Counted from the first letter of the stretch, positions 41,057-51,844 are shown. The stretch is DNA of 64,000 bases from an uncultured Candidatus Rokubacteria bacterium (GCA_963708025.1 CAVPSB010000013.1:448001-512000), one strand, 5' to 3'. Notes: generated by a model from the letters alone, not told the origin. Translations and numbers: made by a program.

Positions 41057-41621
41057 ATGAAGATCCTCAGCAGGCGAATGCTCAGTTGGGTTCTGTTGGC
41101 AACGGCACTGGCGGTTTCCTCGGTCCTCGGCGCTTCACGGCCGGCGGGGCGGTGGAGGTAGGCGAGCCGGCGCCCGCCTTCACGCTGGCGAGCACCACTG
41201 GTGGCGATATCTCCCTCAGCGACTTTCGGGGCAAGAAGTGGGTGCTCCTCGAGTTCTACGGCGCCGACTTCGCTCCGACGTGAGCGGCGAACCTGTCGGC
41301 CAGGAAGGCCGACTACAAGCGCTTCGAAGACCTGGGGATCCAGAACCTCGCCGTCAGCGCCAACATGACCTTCTCGCAGCAGACGTTCGCCGAATCGCTG
41401 AAGCTGCCGTTCCCGCTGCTCAGCGACTTCCCCGACCGGAAGGTCATGCGCAGCTACGGGGTCCTCAACGAGAAGATCGATGATCGCGAACAGGTCATTC
41501 TTTCTCATCGATCCGCAGGGCATCATCCGCAAGAAGTGGATCATCGAGAACGGCGGCGACGACGGTCGTCTATAGCGACACCCTCCTGCGGGATATCCGA
41601 GAGGTGATCGGCAAGCGCTGA
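41057..41621 (+). CDS. Exported peroxiredoxin-like (AhpC/TSA) selenoprotein; TGA 41281-41283 read as Sec; several indels
   Basis: Signal peptide; VEVGEPAPAFTL...SLSDFRGKKWVLLEFYGADFAPT-TGA-AANLSAR...LKLPFPLLSDFP in frame across the TGA. Confidence 0.75.
41295..41313 (+). promoter_or_regulatory. Bacterial SECIS-like hairpin
   Basis: GTCGGCC-AGGAA-GGCCGAC perfect 7-bp stem starting 11 nt after the in-frame TGA. Confidence 0.65.
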
Positions 41622-41623
41622 CC

Positions 41624-42245
41624 ATGACGCCGAGCCGTCCCGGCGGCGATGGAGCATGGTCGCCCGCCTGGCTCGCCGCCCGGGCAGGGCTGCTCGCGTT
41701 CGGCCTGCTCGTCGTCGCCGTCCTGGCCGGTGCCGCCAGCGCCGACCAGCCGGCGCTGGCATCTCTTCTCAAGACCCTCGACCTCCGTGGCTATACCTCC
41801 CGCACGGCGCCTCCCCCGTTCAGTGGCAGCACGCTCGACGCCCGGCAACTGTCACTGACGGAGCTACCGGGGAACGGTCATCGTTCTGAACTTCTGGGCG
41901 AGCTGGTGTCTCGAGTGTCGCTCAGAGATGCCCGTGCTGGAGCGGCTCCAGCGCGAGTTCTCGTCGCGGGGACTCGCCATCATCGGGGTCAATGCCCGTG
42001 AGAACAAGGAGGCCGTCGGGCGCTACGCCAAGGAGCTGGGCCTGACGTTCCCACTCGTGCTCGATCCGGACGGCAAGATCAATGCCCTGTACGGTGTCAT
42101 CGGGCTTCCGACGACGTTCGTCGTCGGCCGGGATGGACGCGCCATCGCCTTGGCCATCGGACCTCGCGAGTGGGAGAGTGCGCCGGCCCGCGCGCTCATC
42201 GAGGCGCTGCTGGCCGAGCCGGCCCCAGGTCCGGCCGCCCAGTGA
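41624..42245 (+). CDS. TlpA family thiol:disulfide reductase; frameshift near 41870
   Basis: Signal anchor; VLNFWASWCLECRSEMP; YGVIGLPTTFVVGRDG. Confidence 0.8.
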
Positions 42246-43228
42246 CGGCAGGCCGCGGCGTTCTGCTGGTGCTCGGAATCGTGCTCACGATCGCAGGGCC
42301 GATGGCTCGCGCGACCGAAGCGCAATCGCCTCGCCTGGTCAAGATCGGAGCGCTGACGGAGTCATGGGGACCCACGCCGGCCATCGTCGGCCTCCGCGAC
42401 GGTCTTCAGGAGCTTGGATACCGCGAGAACCAGGACTTCGTGATCGGAGTGCGCTTCACACAGGGCAACGTCGCCGAGCTGCCCGAGGCCGCCCGCGCCC
42501 TCGTCCGCCACGGGGTGGATCTCATTGTCACCAGTGGCGGAGACATGCGGCGAAGGCCGCCCAGATGGCGACGACGCGGATCCCGATCGTCTTCATGGGC
42601 GGAAGCGACCCGGTAGAGGCAGGACTGGTGAAGAGCTTCGCGCGACCCGGCGGCAACATCACCGGGATCGCGGATCTCGAGTCGAGCTCGTGCCGAAGCG
42701 AATGGAGATCTTTCGCGAGCTCGTCCCGGGCCTGAAACGCAGTTCTCTTGGTCTACGACGCGACGAACGCCGTCGCTGTCTCGAGACTGGCAGGTGCACC
42801 GCGACGCCGCGCACCGCCTCGGCCTCACGCTCGTCGAACGACCGGTGCGGACAGAAGATGAGGCTCGATCCGTGATCAGCGCGGTCAGGAAGGGCGAGGT
42901 GGACGGAATCTTCTCGCCCCGCTCGCTGTCGCTCAATATCCCGGGCTTGATTCTCGAGATCGCACCCAAGCGGGCGATTCCGACCATGTTCGACGACGCG
43001 TTCTTCGTGGAGCAGGCCGGGCTGGCGAGCTATGCCGCGAACCTCTACGGGCTGGGCCGCCAGGCCGCGCGCCTGGTGGACAAGATCCTCAAGGGCGCGA
43101 AGCCGGGTGATGTCCCGGTCGAGCAGCCGACGAAGTTCGAGCTGGTGATCAATCTGAAGGCCGCCAAGGCGCTCGGCATCACGATTCCTCAATCCATACT
43201 GCTGCGGGCGGACCGGGTCATCGAATGA
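42242..43228 (+). CDS. PF04392-type ABC substrate-binding protein; several frameshifts
   Basis: GLQELGYRE, IPIVF..DPVEAGLVKSFARPGGNITG, VEQPTKFELVINLKAAKALGITIPQSILLRADRVIE. Confidence 0.8.
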
Positions 43229-43237
43229 TCGGGCGCG

Positions 43238-43996
43238 TCAGCCGCGGCCGATGAAGGGCATCTTGGTCGCCATCACCGTCATGAACTGGACGTTCGCATC
43301 GAGGGGCAGGCTGGCCATGTAGAGCACGGCGCTGGCGACGTGGGCCACGTCCATCAGCGGCTCGATCGCGACGGTGCCGTTCGCCTGCGGCACGCCCGAC
43401 GCCATGCGGGCGGCCAGGTCGGTCAGGGCGTTGCCGATGTCGATCTGGCTGCAGGCGATGTCGTACTTCCGCCCGTCCAGCGAGGTGGACCTGGTGAGCC
43501 CCGTGATCGCGTGCTTGGTCGAGGTGTAGGGCGCCGAGTTGGGCCGGGGCACGTGAGCCGAGATGGAGCCGTTGTTGATGATCCGCCCGCCGCGCGGGTC
43601 CTGGCTCTTCATGAGCTTGAACGCCTCCTGCGTGCACAGGAAAGAGCCGGTCAGGTTGGTGTCCACCACCGCCTTCCACTGCGCGTAGGTGAGATCCTCC
43701 AGCGGGACCCCCGGCGCGCCGATCCCGGCGTTGTTGAACAGGAGGTCGAGGCGGCCGAACGCCTCCTTCGTTCGCGCGAACAGGCCCTGGATGGACTGGT
43801 GATCGGCCACGTCGGTGGGGATGGCCAGCGCCTGGGCGCCCGCCGGCCCGGCCTCGGCCACCGCCTGCTCCAGCCGATCCTTGCGCCGGCCGGCCAGGGC
43901 CACCCGATACCCCTCCTTCAGCAGCGCGACCGCGACCGCCTTGCCGATGCCGCTGCCCGCACCCGTGACGATGGCGACCTTGCTCGACGATGTCAT
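43238..43996 (-). CDS. SDR family oxidoreductase
   Basis: [24 protein letters not shown]. Confidence 0.9.
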   Translation of the reverse strand: MTSSSKVAIVTGAGSGIGKAVAVALLKEGYRVALAGRRKDRLEQAVAEAGPAGAQALAIPTDVADHQSIQGLFARTKEAFGRLDLLFNNAGIGAPGVPLEDLTYAQWKAVVDTNLTGSFLCTQEAFKLMKSQDPRGGRIINNGSISAHVPRPNSAPYTSTKHAITGLTRSTSLDGRKYDIACSQIDIGNALTDLAARMASGVPQANGTVAIEPLMDVAHVASAVLYMASLPLDANVQFMTVMATKMPFIGRG

Positions 43997-44056
43997 GCGT
44001 AGTCTCCTCGGTTGGTCCGGTTGAGTGGCCGCCCCATGGCGGCGGGATGAGCCTCC

Positions 44057-45325
44057 TCAGCTTCCTGCCCCCGGTGCCCGACCCGCGCGGCCTGGCCAGT
44101 CGAGGACGAACCGGGTCCAGTCCCTGGCGACGACGATCTCGTCGGCGGCCGCCCGGTAGTCGGCCTCGATAGGATACGCCAGGATCCGAAGGCCCTCGGT
44201 GCCCGGGCGGCCGGCGACGTCCCAGGCCCTGATCTCGTCGAGGAGGTGCCGGGCCAGCGCCGCGCTCTCGCCGAACACGCGAAGGAAGAGATCGAACGCC
44301 GGCGGGACGCACACCCGCTCGACTGGCGGCGCCTCGCCCGGGGGACGCATCAGGAAGGCGGCGCCGTGCTCCTCGAACAGGCCGGCCGAGCTCACGTACT
44401 GTCCGGCCAGCGCGAAGAGATGGGGCACGGGGTTGGCTCCCGCGCCCGACCCCTGCATCTCGAACCAGCAGAAGCGCCCGTCGTGGAGCGCCACCCACGG
44501 GACCAGCCCGCCGTACACCTCGCGGGGCGTCACCCGCACGTCCGCCGGGATGTCCCCGTGCGGTCCGGTCAGCAGCGCGTGGGCCGCCCCGGCATCGACC
44601 TCGGCGGGGTCCCGGACCCAGAGGTTGAGCCCGGGACCGGGCCCGAGCGGCACGCGCCGGTCCGGCGCCGCGAACGCCCCGCGGAGCGTCATGAACACAC
44701 ACTCCTTCACCGAGAGGCTCGCCAGGTGACCGGCGCGACGCTCGAACGCCACCGACTTCTGGGAGCCGCCGATCGCCAGCGGCAGGACGAGGCGCCCCCC
44801 GGGCTCGAGCTGCTCGCGCCAGGCAGGCGCCACGTCCCAGGCGGCCACGGTGAGAATGATGCGATCGTACGGCGCGGCCTCCGGGTATCCGAAGCCGCCA
44901 TCCGCGCACACGACGCGCACGCGCTCGAACCCGGCCGCCGCCAGATGGGCCCGGGCCCCGTTGACGATGTCCTGGTCGAGGTCGAGGGCGGTGACCTCCC
45001 CGGTGTCCCCGACGATGTGGGCCATGAGCGCGGCATTGTAGCCGGTGCCGGCCCCGACCTCCAGCACCCGGTGGCCCGGCTCCAGGCCGAGCTGGTCGAG
45101 CATGACCGCCATGATCTGCGGCTGCGAGGACGAGCTGACCACCTCGCCATCCACCTTCTTCGTCACGATCCACCGGTCACGGTAGACCTCCTCGGGCGCC
45201 ACGTCCGGGAGAAACAGGTGACGTGGCACGTCGCGAAACGCCTGCTCGATGGCCGGCGAGCGCAGGTGGCCGCCGCGCGCGAGCTCGTCGACGAGAGCCT
45301 GGCGGAGCGCCGATGGGTCGGTCAC
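44057..45325 (-). CDS. Long-form protein-L-isoaspartate O-methyltransferase (FxLD/RiPP-associated type)
   Basis: AFRDVPRHLF, SSSSQP, VLEVGAGTGYNAAL, APYDRII, C-terminal WDVAGRPG. Confidence 0.8.
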   Translation of the reverse strand: MTDPSALRQALVDELARGGHLRSPAIEQAFRDVPRHLFLPDVAPEEVYRDRWIVTKKVDGEVVSSSSQPQIMAVMLDQLGLEPGHRVLEVGAGTGYNAALMAHIVGDTGEVTALDLDQDIVNGARAHLAAAGFERVRVVCADGGFGYPEAAPYDRIILTVAAWDVAPAWREQLEPGGRLVLPLAIGGSQKSVAFERRAGHLASLSVKECVFMTLRGAFAAPDRRVPLGPGPGLNLWVRDPAEVDAGAAHALLTGPHGDIPADVRVTPREVYGGLVPWVALHDGRFCWFEMQGSGAGANPVPHLFALAGQYVSSAGLFEEHGAAFLMRPPGEAPPVERVCVPPAFDLFLRVFGESAALARHLLDEIRAWDVAGRPGTEGLRILAYPIEADYRAAADEIVVARDWTRFVLDWPGRAGRAPGAGS

Positions 45326-45358
45326 GGTGGGCTGGCGGTGGCAGGAGCGCCGCGCCGA

Positions 45359-46504
45359 CTACGCCCGCATCGAGCGGCGGCCTTGCTCGTCCAGGACCTG
45401 GTCCAGCACCCAGTTGTTGACCCGGTGCACCGCGGGCTCCCGGAGGGCAAACGGGCCGGGCCGACGGAGGGTCGAGGCGAGCCCGGCCTGCTGGGCCTCG
45501 CAGATCGCGTTGTCTTCCCCGATGCCGGTCTCCCAGCGGTGGAAGTACTTCTTGACGCCCGACTCGAAGTCGGGCCGCGCGACCGTCGTGGCGGGGAAGC
45601 AGAACCCGACCCCGAGCCGCGAGCGCGTGGGACCGAGCGGGAGGACCCGCAGCCACCACATGCAGTCCTGGGTGCAGGCGAACTGGGTGGCGGGGTGGAG
45701 CACCGTGAAGTACGTCCCGTGGGCAGGCCGGCCGGCGAGGCCGGGCACGTGGGGAAACGGCGCGGCCTCGGCGGGCAGGACCGCGATGCTCGTCTCCTGC
45801 GGGATGTAGAGCGCGTCCCAGTGCCCCCGGCTTTCCTCCTGCACCGCGTGCTGCTGGCCCAGGCTGGCGTGGTGCACGGTCCCGGTGTGGTACTCCTCCA
45901 TCGCGTTCTCGACCAGGAGCTTCCAGTTGCAGGCGACCTCGTAGTCGATGCGCCGCACGCAGACCATCCGGTCGAAGGCGTAGCACCCAAGCTTGTCGGT
46001 GAGGTCGCCCAGGTGCTCGACCAGCCCCGGCGCCGCCGGATCGAAGCTCACGAAGACGAAGCCCTGCCACGACTCGCAGCGCACGGGCGTGAGCCCCCAG
46101 CCGGCGGGGTCGAATCCCGGACGATCGCGCATCCCCGGGGCGCCCAGCAGGCGGCCGTCCGGCGCGTAGGTCCAGCCATGGTACGGGCACACGATGGTCC
46201 GACAGCGGCCGCGGCCGTCGAGGAGCCGGGCGCCCCGGTGCCGGCAGGTGTTGGCGAACGCGCCGACCCGGCCCGCGGCGTCGCGCAGCAGGACGAGCGG
46301 GCCCGGCACCGTGTCGACGGTGAGGTAGTCGCCGGGCTCCGGCACCTCGTCGACGCGCCCCACGAAGTGCCAGCCGGGCGTGAAGAGGCGCTCCACCTCG
46401 CGTGCGTGGAACTCGGGGCTCGTGTAGCACCAGGCGGGCAGCGTCTCCGCCTCGCCCACCGGACGCCGCACGCCGCGGTAGTGCGCCGGATCGAAGATGT
46501 CCAC
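45359..46504 (-). CDS. Rieske non-heme iron oxygenase alpha subunit (choline monooxygenase-like)
   Basis: CRHRG...CPYHGW, NWKLLVENAMEEYHTGTVH, EDNAICE. Confidence 0.9.
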   Translation of the reverse strand: MDIFDPAHYRGVRRPVGEAETLPAWCYTSPEFHAREVERLFTPGWHFVGRVDEVPEPGDYLTVDTVPGPLVLLRDAAGRVGAFANTCRHRGARLLDGRGRCRTIVCPYHGWTYAPDGRLLGAPGMRDRPGFDPAGWGLTPVRCESWQGFVFVSFDPAAPGLVEHLGDLTDKLGCYAFDRMVCVRRIDYEVACNWKLLVENAMEEYHTGTVHHASLGQQHAVQEESRGHWDALYIPQETSIAVLPAEAAPFPHVPGLAGRPAHGTYFTVLHPATQFACTQDCMWWLRVLPLGPTRSRLGVGFCFPATTVARPDFESGVKKYFHRWETGIGEDNAICEAQQAGLASTLRRPGPFALREPAVHRVNNWVLDQVLDEQGRRSMRA

Positions 46505-46628
46505 GGGAGGATGCCTCCTGCCGCTGGTGGCCTCGGGCCGCGGATCGAGAGCCTGAATCGCACGGCACCGGCGACGATCGCTCTCCGGGAGCCTAGCCCG
46601 CGCTCGAATGGCTGTCAATCGAGGGGCT

Positions 46629-46716
46629 CCGCTCATCGCCCGATCCGGGCCTCTCGTCCGATTTTCCCGCCTTTCGTCCCTTTCCTCGCGTCGTTCCCGG
46701 CCCGCGTCGCTATCGT
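46629..46716 (+). promoter_or_regulatory. Candidate LytTR-binding direct repeats and -10 box
   Basis: GCCTCTCGTCC(46649) and GCCTTTCGTCC(46669), weaker copy at 46629; TATCGT at 46711. Confidence 0.5.
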
Positions 46717-46756
46717 GATCCCCGTGACGATCATGACCCGAGGAAAGGAGAGCGCC

Positions 46757-47511
46757 ATGCACCACTCCACTCGAACCGCTCTCACGACCGGGCTCCTCGC
46801 CCTGCTGGTCGTGGCCCCCGACGTCCTCGCCCAGCCGCCCGCGGCCCCGGAGCCCGCGGTCGCGCCGGCGGCGAGGGCACAGCCCGCTTCGACTACCTCG
46901 TGCGCGCGGACTTCTTCGCCGGGATGCGGGGCGACCGGGCGCGGCTCGAGCGCGCCATGCAGCTCTGCGACGAGACGCTCGCCCGCGAGCCCCGGCATGC
47001 CGAGGCGATGGTCTGGTACGGCTCGGGGCTGCTGGTCCTCGCCGGCCAGTCGTTCCGGAGCGGCGACGCCGCCAAGGGCGGCGAGCTGTGGGAGCGCGGC
47101 CTCCGGATGATGGCGGACGCCGTCGCCCTCGCCCCGGACCGGGTGGGCGTGCTCATCCCGCGCGGGGCCACGCTGCTCCTGGCCGCGCGCCAGCTCCCGC
47201 CGGGCGCCGAGAGCCGGGCGCTGCTCCAGACCGGCGTCACCGACTACGAGAAGGCGCTGGCGCTCCAGACCCCGTACTTCGAGCGGCTCTCGCTCCACGC
47301 CCGGGGGGAGCTCCTGGCCGGGCTGGCCGAGGGCTGGCACCAGCTGGGCCGGGACGAGACGGCGCGCGCCTACCTCGAGCGGATGGTCACGGAGCTGGAC
47401 GGCTCGGGCTACCAGGCGCGGGCGAAGGCGTGGCTCGAGACGGGGCCCCCGCTCGGAGGCTTCGCCTGCGCCAGCTGTCATCGGAGCGGTGGCCATGGCC
47501 CGTCGAACTGA
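46757..47511 (+). CDS. Secreted TPR-like protein with a C-terminal CxxCH motif; frameshift near 46860-46880
   Basis: AAGGAG RBS, signal peptide, VRADFFAG...EAMVWYGSG...ACASCH. Confidence 0.65.
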
Positions 47512-47539
47512 GCTATATACGAGCCCAGGAGGGCCCGCG

Positions 47540-48714
47540 ATGACTACCATGCGCGCTGTCGCCAGCCCGTCCGCCCTTGCCCTCGACGTCGACCGCGCCG
47601 CGGGCGCCGAGGCCGCCGCGCTCGGCGTGCGGCGCGCGGTCTTCTGGGGGATGATCGCCGGCAAGCTCCTGAGCGGCTGGGGCGTCGGGTGGGACATCCA
47701 GTGGCACGTCCGGATCGGGCGGGACTCGTTCTGGATCGCCCCGCACCTGATGACCTACGCCGGCGTCACCCTGGTCGTCCTGCTGAGCTTCGGCATCCTC
47801 GCCTGGGAGACGTGGCGGGGTCCGGCGGGGGCGAGGACGCTCCGGATCCTGGGTCTCCGGGGCACCCGCGGCTTTCACGCCGCGGCCTGGGGTATCGCGG
47901 TCACCGTGGCCGCCGCGCCGATCGACGATCTCTGGCACCGGCTCTTCGGCCTCGACGTGACGATCTGGAGTCCGCCGCACCTGCTCGGCTTCCTGGGGGG
48001 TGCCCTCAACGCCATCGGTCTCCTCCGTGTCGCCACCGAGATCTACCCGGCCGGTGGCTGGGCGCGACTCGCCGCGCTCGCCGTGGCGGGGGCCGACCTC
48101 TACGGCGGGCTGCGCTTCACGCTCCAGCCGGCGATGCTGGTCGCCTACCACCACGGGGGCGTCCGCTTCCACAGCTACGCGATGCTCGCCGCCCTGATCC
48201 TCCCGCTCGGGCTGATGGCGCCGGCCCGGCTGTCCGGCTCCCGCGCGGCGCCGCTCCTCGTGATGAGCGTGGGCTTGCTGTTCGGCGTGGTCGGCGAGCA
48301 GATCGCCCAGACGGGCTTCGCGCTCCTCCAGCCGGTCCCGGCGCTCGACGCAGGCGATCGCGCAGGATCCCACCTCGCCGATCGCCACCACCGCCGCCAT
48401 CGCGCGAAAGAACGGGGCCACGCGCCCGCCGTGGTTCATGCGGCTCCTGCCGCTCGTCACCGTGCGTCGGGATGGTCCTGACGGACCCGCGGCGGCGCCC
48501 CGTCCTGGCGACGGTCGCGTTCGCCGTGAGCCTGTTCGCCGTCACGGGCTGGTCACTGGCCGCCCGCCCCGCCTACGCCCCGATGGTGCCGGGGGCGGGT
48601 GAGACGCTCCTCGCCCTGGCCCTCACGGTGGCGGCGGCCGTCGCCGGCGGCACGGCGGCCCGGGCGCTCGCGGATCGTCTCGCCGGCGCGGGGCCGGTGG
48701 CCCGGAGCGGCTGA
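47540..48714 (+). CDS. Polytopic membrane protein with conserved-looking D/W/H motifs; frameshifts
   Basis: WDIQWH..GRDSFWIAPH, DDLWHRLFGLDVTIWSPPHL. Confidence 0.65.
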
Positions 48715-48718
48715 CGCC

Positions 48719-49819
48719 GTGCCCGACGTCGGGGAGTGCGCGCGCCGCGTCTGGTCGGGCTACTGGCTCCGGATCCTGGCCACGACGTCGGCGGCGGCGC
48801 TGACCGTCGCGCTGCTCGCGCAGCTCCTCGGCGGCCGGGTCCCCTTCGGTCAGAACCTGGCGGTGGCGCTGATCCACGCGAACTGCATCGGGCTGCTGGC
48901 CGCCCTGACGCTGCCGCGGGTCGGGCGGCGCATCGACCGGACGCGCACCACGGCCCGCATCGCCGTGCTGGTGGGCGTGCTGATGGGGCTGGCGGTGGTC
49001 GGCTCGCTCCTGGCCGGGGGCATCGTCTCGCTGCTCGGGATCTTCCCGCCCGGCCGCGCGCTGACCTCCGTCTGGGTCAGCCTGCGGATCTCGGTGGTGA
49101 TGACCCTCGTGTTCGGCACCAGCATGGCGCTCTACGAGACGATGCGCTCGCGGCTCGAGGCCACCACCCTGGAGCTCCGGACCCAGGAGCTGGAGCGCGA
49201 GCGGGCCCAGAAGCTGGCCACCGAGGCCCGGCTCGCCTCCCTCGAGTCGCGGCTCCAGCCCCACTTCCTCTTCAACACGCTGAACTCGATCTCGGCGCTC
49301 ATCCAGGAGGACCCGCCACGGGCCGAGCGGATGGTGGAGCGCCTGGCCACCCTCCTCCGCTTCGCGCTCGACGCCACCGGGCGCAGCACGGTGCCGCTCG
49401 GCGAGGAGCTGCGGATCGTCACCGATTACCTGGAGATCGAGCAGGCCCGGCTGGGCGATCGGCTGCGCTACGCGGTGGACGTCCCGTCCGAGCTGGAGGC
49501 GGTGCCGGTGCCGCCGCTCGCGCTCCAGACCCTCGTCGAGAACAGCGTCAAGCACGTGGCGGCGCCCCGGCGGGCGGGCGCCACGATCCGCATCGAGGCC
49601 CGCGCGGTCGAGCGCGGCGTCGTGCTGGCGGTGTGGGACGATGGCCCCGGCGTGCGGCTCGACGTCGCCGCCGCTGGCCACGGGCTCGACAACCTCCGGG
49701 GGCGCCTGGCCGCGCTGTTCGGCTCCGCGGCCCGGCTGGACGCGGCGGCCCGGGACGGGGGCAGCGTCGTGACCATCGAGCTGCCCCCGGGTCCAGGGCA
49801 GCCCGCCGCGCGCCCGTGA
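48719..49819 (+). CDS. LytS/YehU-type sensor histidine kinase
   Basis: LQPHFLFNTLNSI, YLEIEQARLG, LQTLVENSVKH. Confidence 0.9.
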   Translation: MPDVGECARRVWSGYWLRILATTSAAALTVALLAQLLGGRVPFGQNLAVALIHANCIGLLAALTLPRVGRRIDRTRTTARIAVLVGVLMGLAVVGSLLAGGIVSLLGIFPPGRALTSVWVSLRISVVMTLVFGTSMALYETMRSRLEATTLELRTQELERERAQKLATEARLASLESRLQPHFLFNTLNSISALIQEDPPRAERMVERLATLLRFALDATGRSTVPLGEELRIVTDYLEIEQARLGDRLRYAVDVPSELEAVPVPPLALQTLVENSVKHVAAPRRAGATIRIEARAVERGVVLAVWDDGPGVRLDVAAAGHGLDNLRGRLAALFGSAARLDAAARDGGSVVTIELPPGPGQPAARP

Positions 49820-50584
49820 CCAGCCGGCTCCGCGCCTACCTGGTGGACGACGAGCCGCTGGCGCTCAAGCGCCTCACCCGCCTGCTGGAGGCTACCGGCC
49901 GCGTCCGCATCGCCGGGAGCGCCACCGACCCCGAGGCGGCGCTCGCGTACCTCGCGGCCCACGACGTCGACGTGCTCTTCCTCGACATCCAGATGCCCGG
50001 GATGACCGGGTTCGAGCTGCTGGCGCGCCTGCCGGCCCCGCCGCCGGTCGTCTTCACCACCGCCTACGACCGCTACGCGGTCAAGGCCTTCGAGGTCAAC
50101 TCGCTCGACTACCTCCTGAAGCCGGTCGAGAAGCCCCGCCTGGCCGCCACCCTCGACAAGCTCGAGCGCCTGCGCGGCGGCCCCGCCCGGCCCGACCTGC
50201 GCGCGGTGGTCGCGGAGGTGGCCGCGGCCTTGCGGACCGGGCCGGCGTTCCCCGACCGGATCGCCTCCCGGTCGGGCGAGCGAGTCCAGCTCGTCGAGCT
50301 GGCCCACGTCACCCACTTCTTCGCCCGCGACAAGCTGACCTTCGCCGCCAGCGCCGGCAAGGACTACGTCGTCGAACGCCACCATCGCCGAGCTGGAGGC
50401 CCGGCTCGACCCCCGGACCTTCGTCCGCATCCACCGCGCCACCCTCCTCAACCTCGACTGGGTCCAGGAGGTCCACGCCTGGTTCGGCGGCCGCCTGATG
50501 GTGCGGCTCAAGGACGACAAGCGCACCGAGCTCGAAGTGGCCCGCGACCGGGCCCGCGCCTTCAAGGAGCGCCTGGCGCTGTAG
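49816..50584 (+). CDS. LytTR family response regulator; frameshift near 50377
   Basis: VDDEPLA, FLDIQMPG, VFTTAYD.YA..AF, FVRIHR. Confidence 0.9.
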
Positions 50585-50591
50585 CCCGTGC

Positions 50592-50843
50592 TCACGCCAC
50601 CTGGCGGACGTCTGTCGCGGCGTACAGGGTCTCCGGCGCTACGTCCGCGCCATTCGGCCAGCAGACCGTAGAGCCGGACACGAAGAACTCGCGGAAGTAG
50701 CTGACATCACGGAGTGGCTCGAAGATCGGCCCTTGGAGCCACGGCTGGAAGTCCACGGTTTTCGAGGTCCCGTCGTTGAACGTGAGGTGGATTCGAAATT
50801 CACCCCCGTACTCGGCCTTCACGACACCTGGGAGGATCGTCAT
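50592..50843 (-). CDS. DUF2442 family protein (partner in the DUF4160 TA pair)
   Basis: LTFNDG...GPIFEPLRD...WPNGADVAPETLY. Confidence 0.85.
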   Translation of the reverse strand: MTILPGVVKAEYGGEFRIHLTFNDGTSKTVDFQPWLQGPIFEPLRDVSYFREFFVSGSTVCWPNGADVAPETLYAATDVRQVA

Positions 50844-50855
50844 CTAGCAACGCTC

Positions 50856-51093
50856 CTATTCCAGCGGCGCGATCTGCCTCAGAGGTTGGCGGGCTTTCGC
50901 CAGACGCCAGTTCTCCTCCAGCTCGCCGCGGTGCAGCAGCGCCCATCCGAGACTCGACGGCACCGACGATCATCTCACCATCGAAGTCGAACTTCCCCTG
51001 CAGCCCCTGGTACTCCGCATGGAAATGCGGCGGTTCGTGATCATTGTAGAACATCCGAACAATGATCCCGAAGAAGACCGATATCGATGGCAC
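50856..51093 (-). pseudogene. DUF4160 family protein with an internal deletion/frameshift
   Basis: MPSISVFFGIIVRMFYNDHEPPHFHAEY; C-terminus HRGELEENW...IAPLE in another frame. Confidence 0.8.
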
Positions 51094-51214
51094 GGTCCAA
51101 TTCTAGCAACGACTGCCACCAGCCCGTACCGAATGGTGTCGGGTAGCCCGACACAGGATGGTGCCGGTGACCGAGCATCGCTGGCGCCGCACAGCGTCCC
51201 TCGCCGGCGGAATC

Positions 51215-51844
51215 TCAACGAGCCTCCACGATGCCACCGGCGCCCAGACCATGCGCCGCGAGGCCGGCCCGCACGCCTGCCGCTCCGCCCACCTGCTGGG
51301 CCGACAGTCCGGCCTCGCGGGCACCCGCCACGTACATTGCCTCGTCGTCGAAGAAGAGGATCTCGTCGGCCGCAACCTCCAGGCGGAGGGCCAGGCGGCG
51401 GAAGGCCTCCGGGTCCGGCTTGCTCCGGCCGAGCTCCGCCGAGAAGATCGCCCGCGCGCCGAAGATGTCCGGGGCGGCGGGAAACACCTCCGCGATGTGT
51501 CGCTTCAGGAGCCATGGGTTGTTGGTGAACATCCCAACCGGACGGTCCGCACCGAGCTGTCGGGCGATGGAGAGCACCGCCAGGTCGGGCTCGATCGCCG
51601 CCCGCCGGGCCTCCACCCACTGGGCCGCGGTGAGCGGATACCCAATGCGCTCGCCGAATCCCCTCAGGTAGTCGTCCGCCGACACCACGCCGCGCTCCGC
51701 CTCGTCCTCGAATCCCGACCGCCAGATGGCGGCGTGGATCGCGTCCGGGCTCTGCCCGCTCCACGACGCGAGGAGGGCCAGCCGGCGCTCGATGCGGTAG
51801 TGACAGAGGACGCCGTCCATGTCGAAGACGACCGCCTTGATCAA
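51215..51844 (-). CDS. HAD family phosphatase
   Basis: VVFDMDGVL, TNN, KPDPEAF, FFDD. Confidence 0.88.
   Translation of the reverse strand: MIKAVVFDMDGVLCHYRIERRLALLASWSGQSPDAIHAAIWRSGFEDEAERGVVSADDYLRGFGERIGYPLTAAQWVEARRAAIEPDLAVLSIARQLGADRPVGMFTNNPWLLKRHIAEVFPAAPDIFGARAIFSAELGRSKPDPEAFRRLALRLEVAADEILFFDDEAMYVAGAREAGLSAQQVGGAAGVRAGLAAHGLGAGGIVEAR

Noticed and set aside
44246-47110. Very long alternative-frame ORFs (954 aa here; also 26406-28922, 37931-40462, 38107-40473, 3040-5046)
   Set aside because: Arg/Pro/Gly-rich shadow frames expected in high-GC DNA, overlapping well-supported genes
50592-51093. DUF4160/DUF2442 and DUF433/DUF5615 pairs as novel systems
   Set aside because: Widespread, already catalogued TA-like pairs
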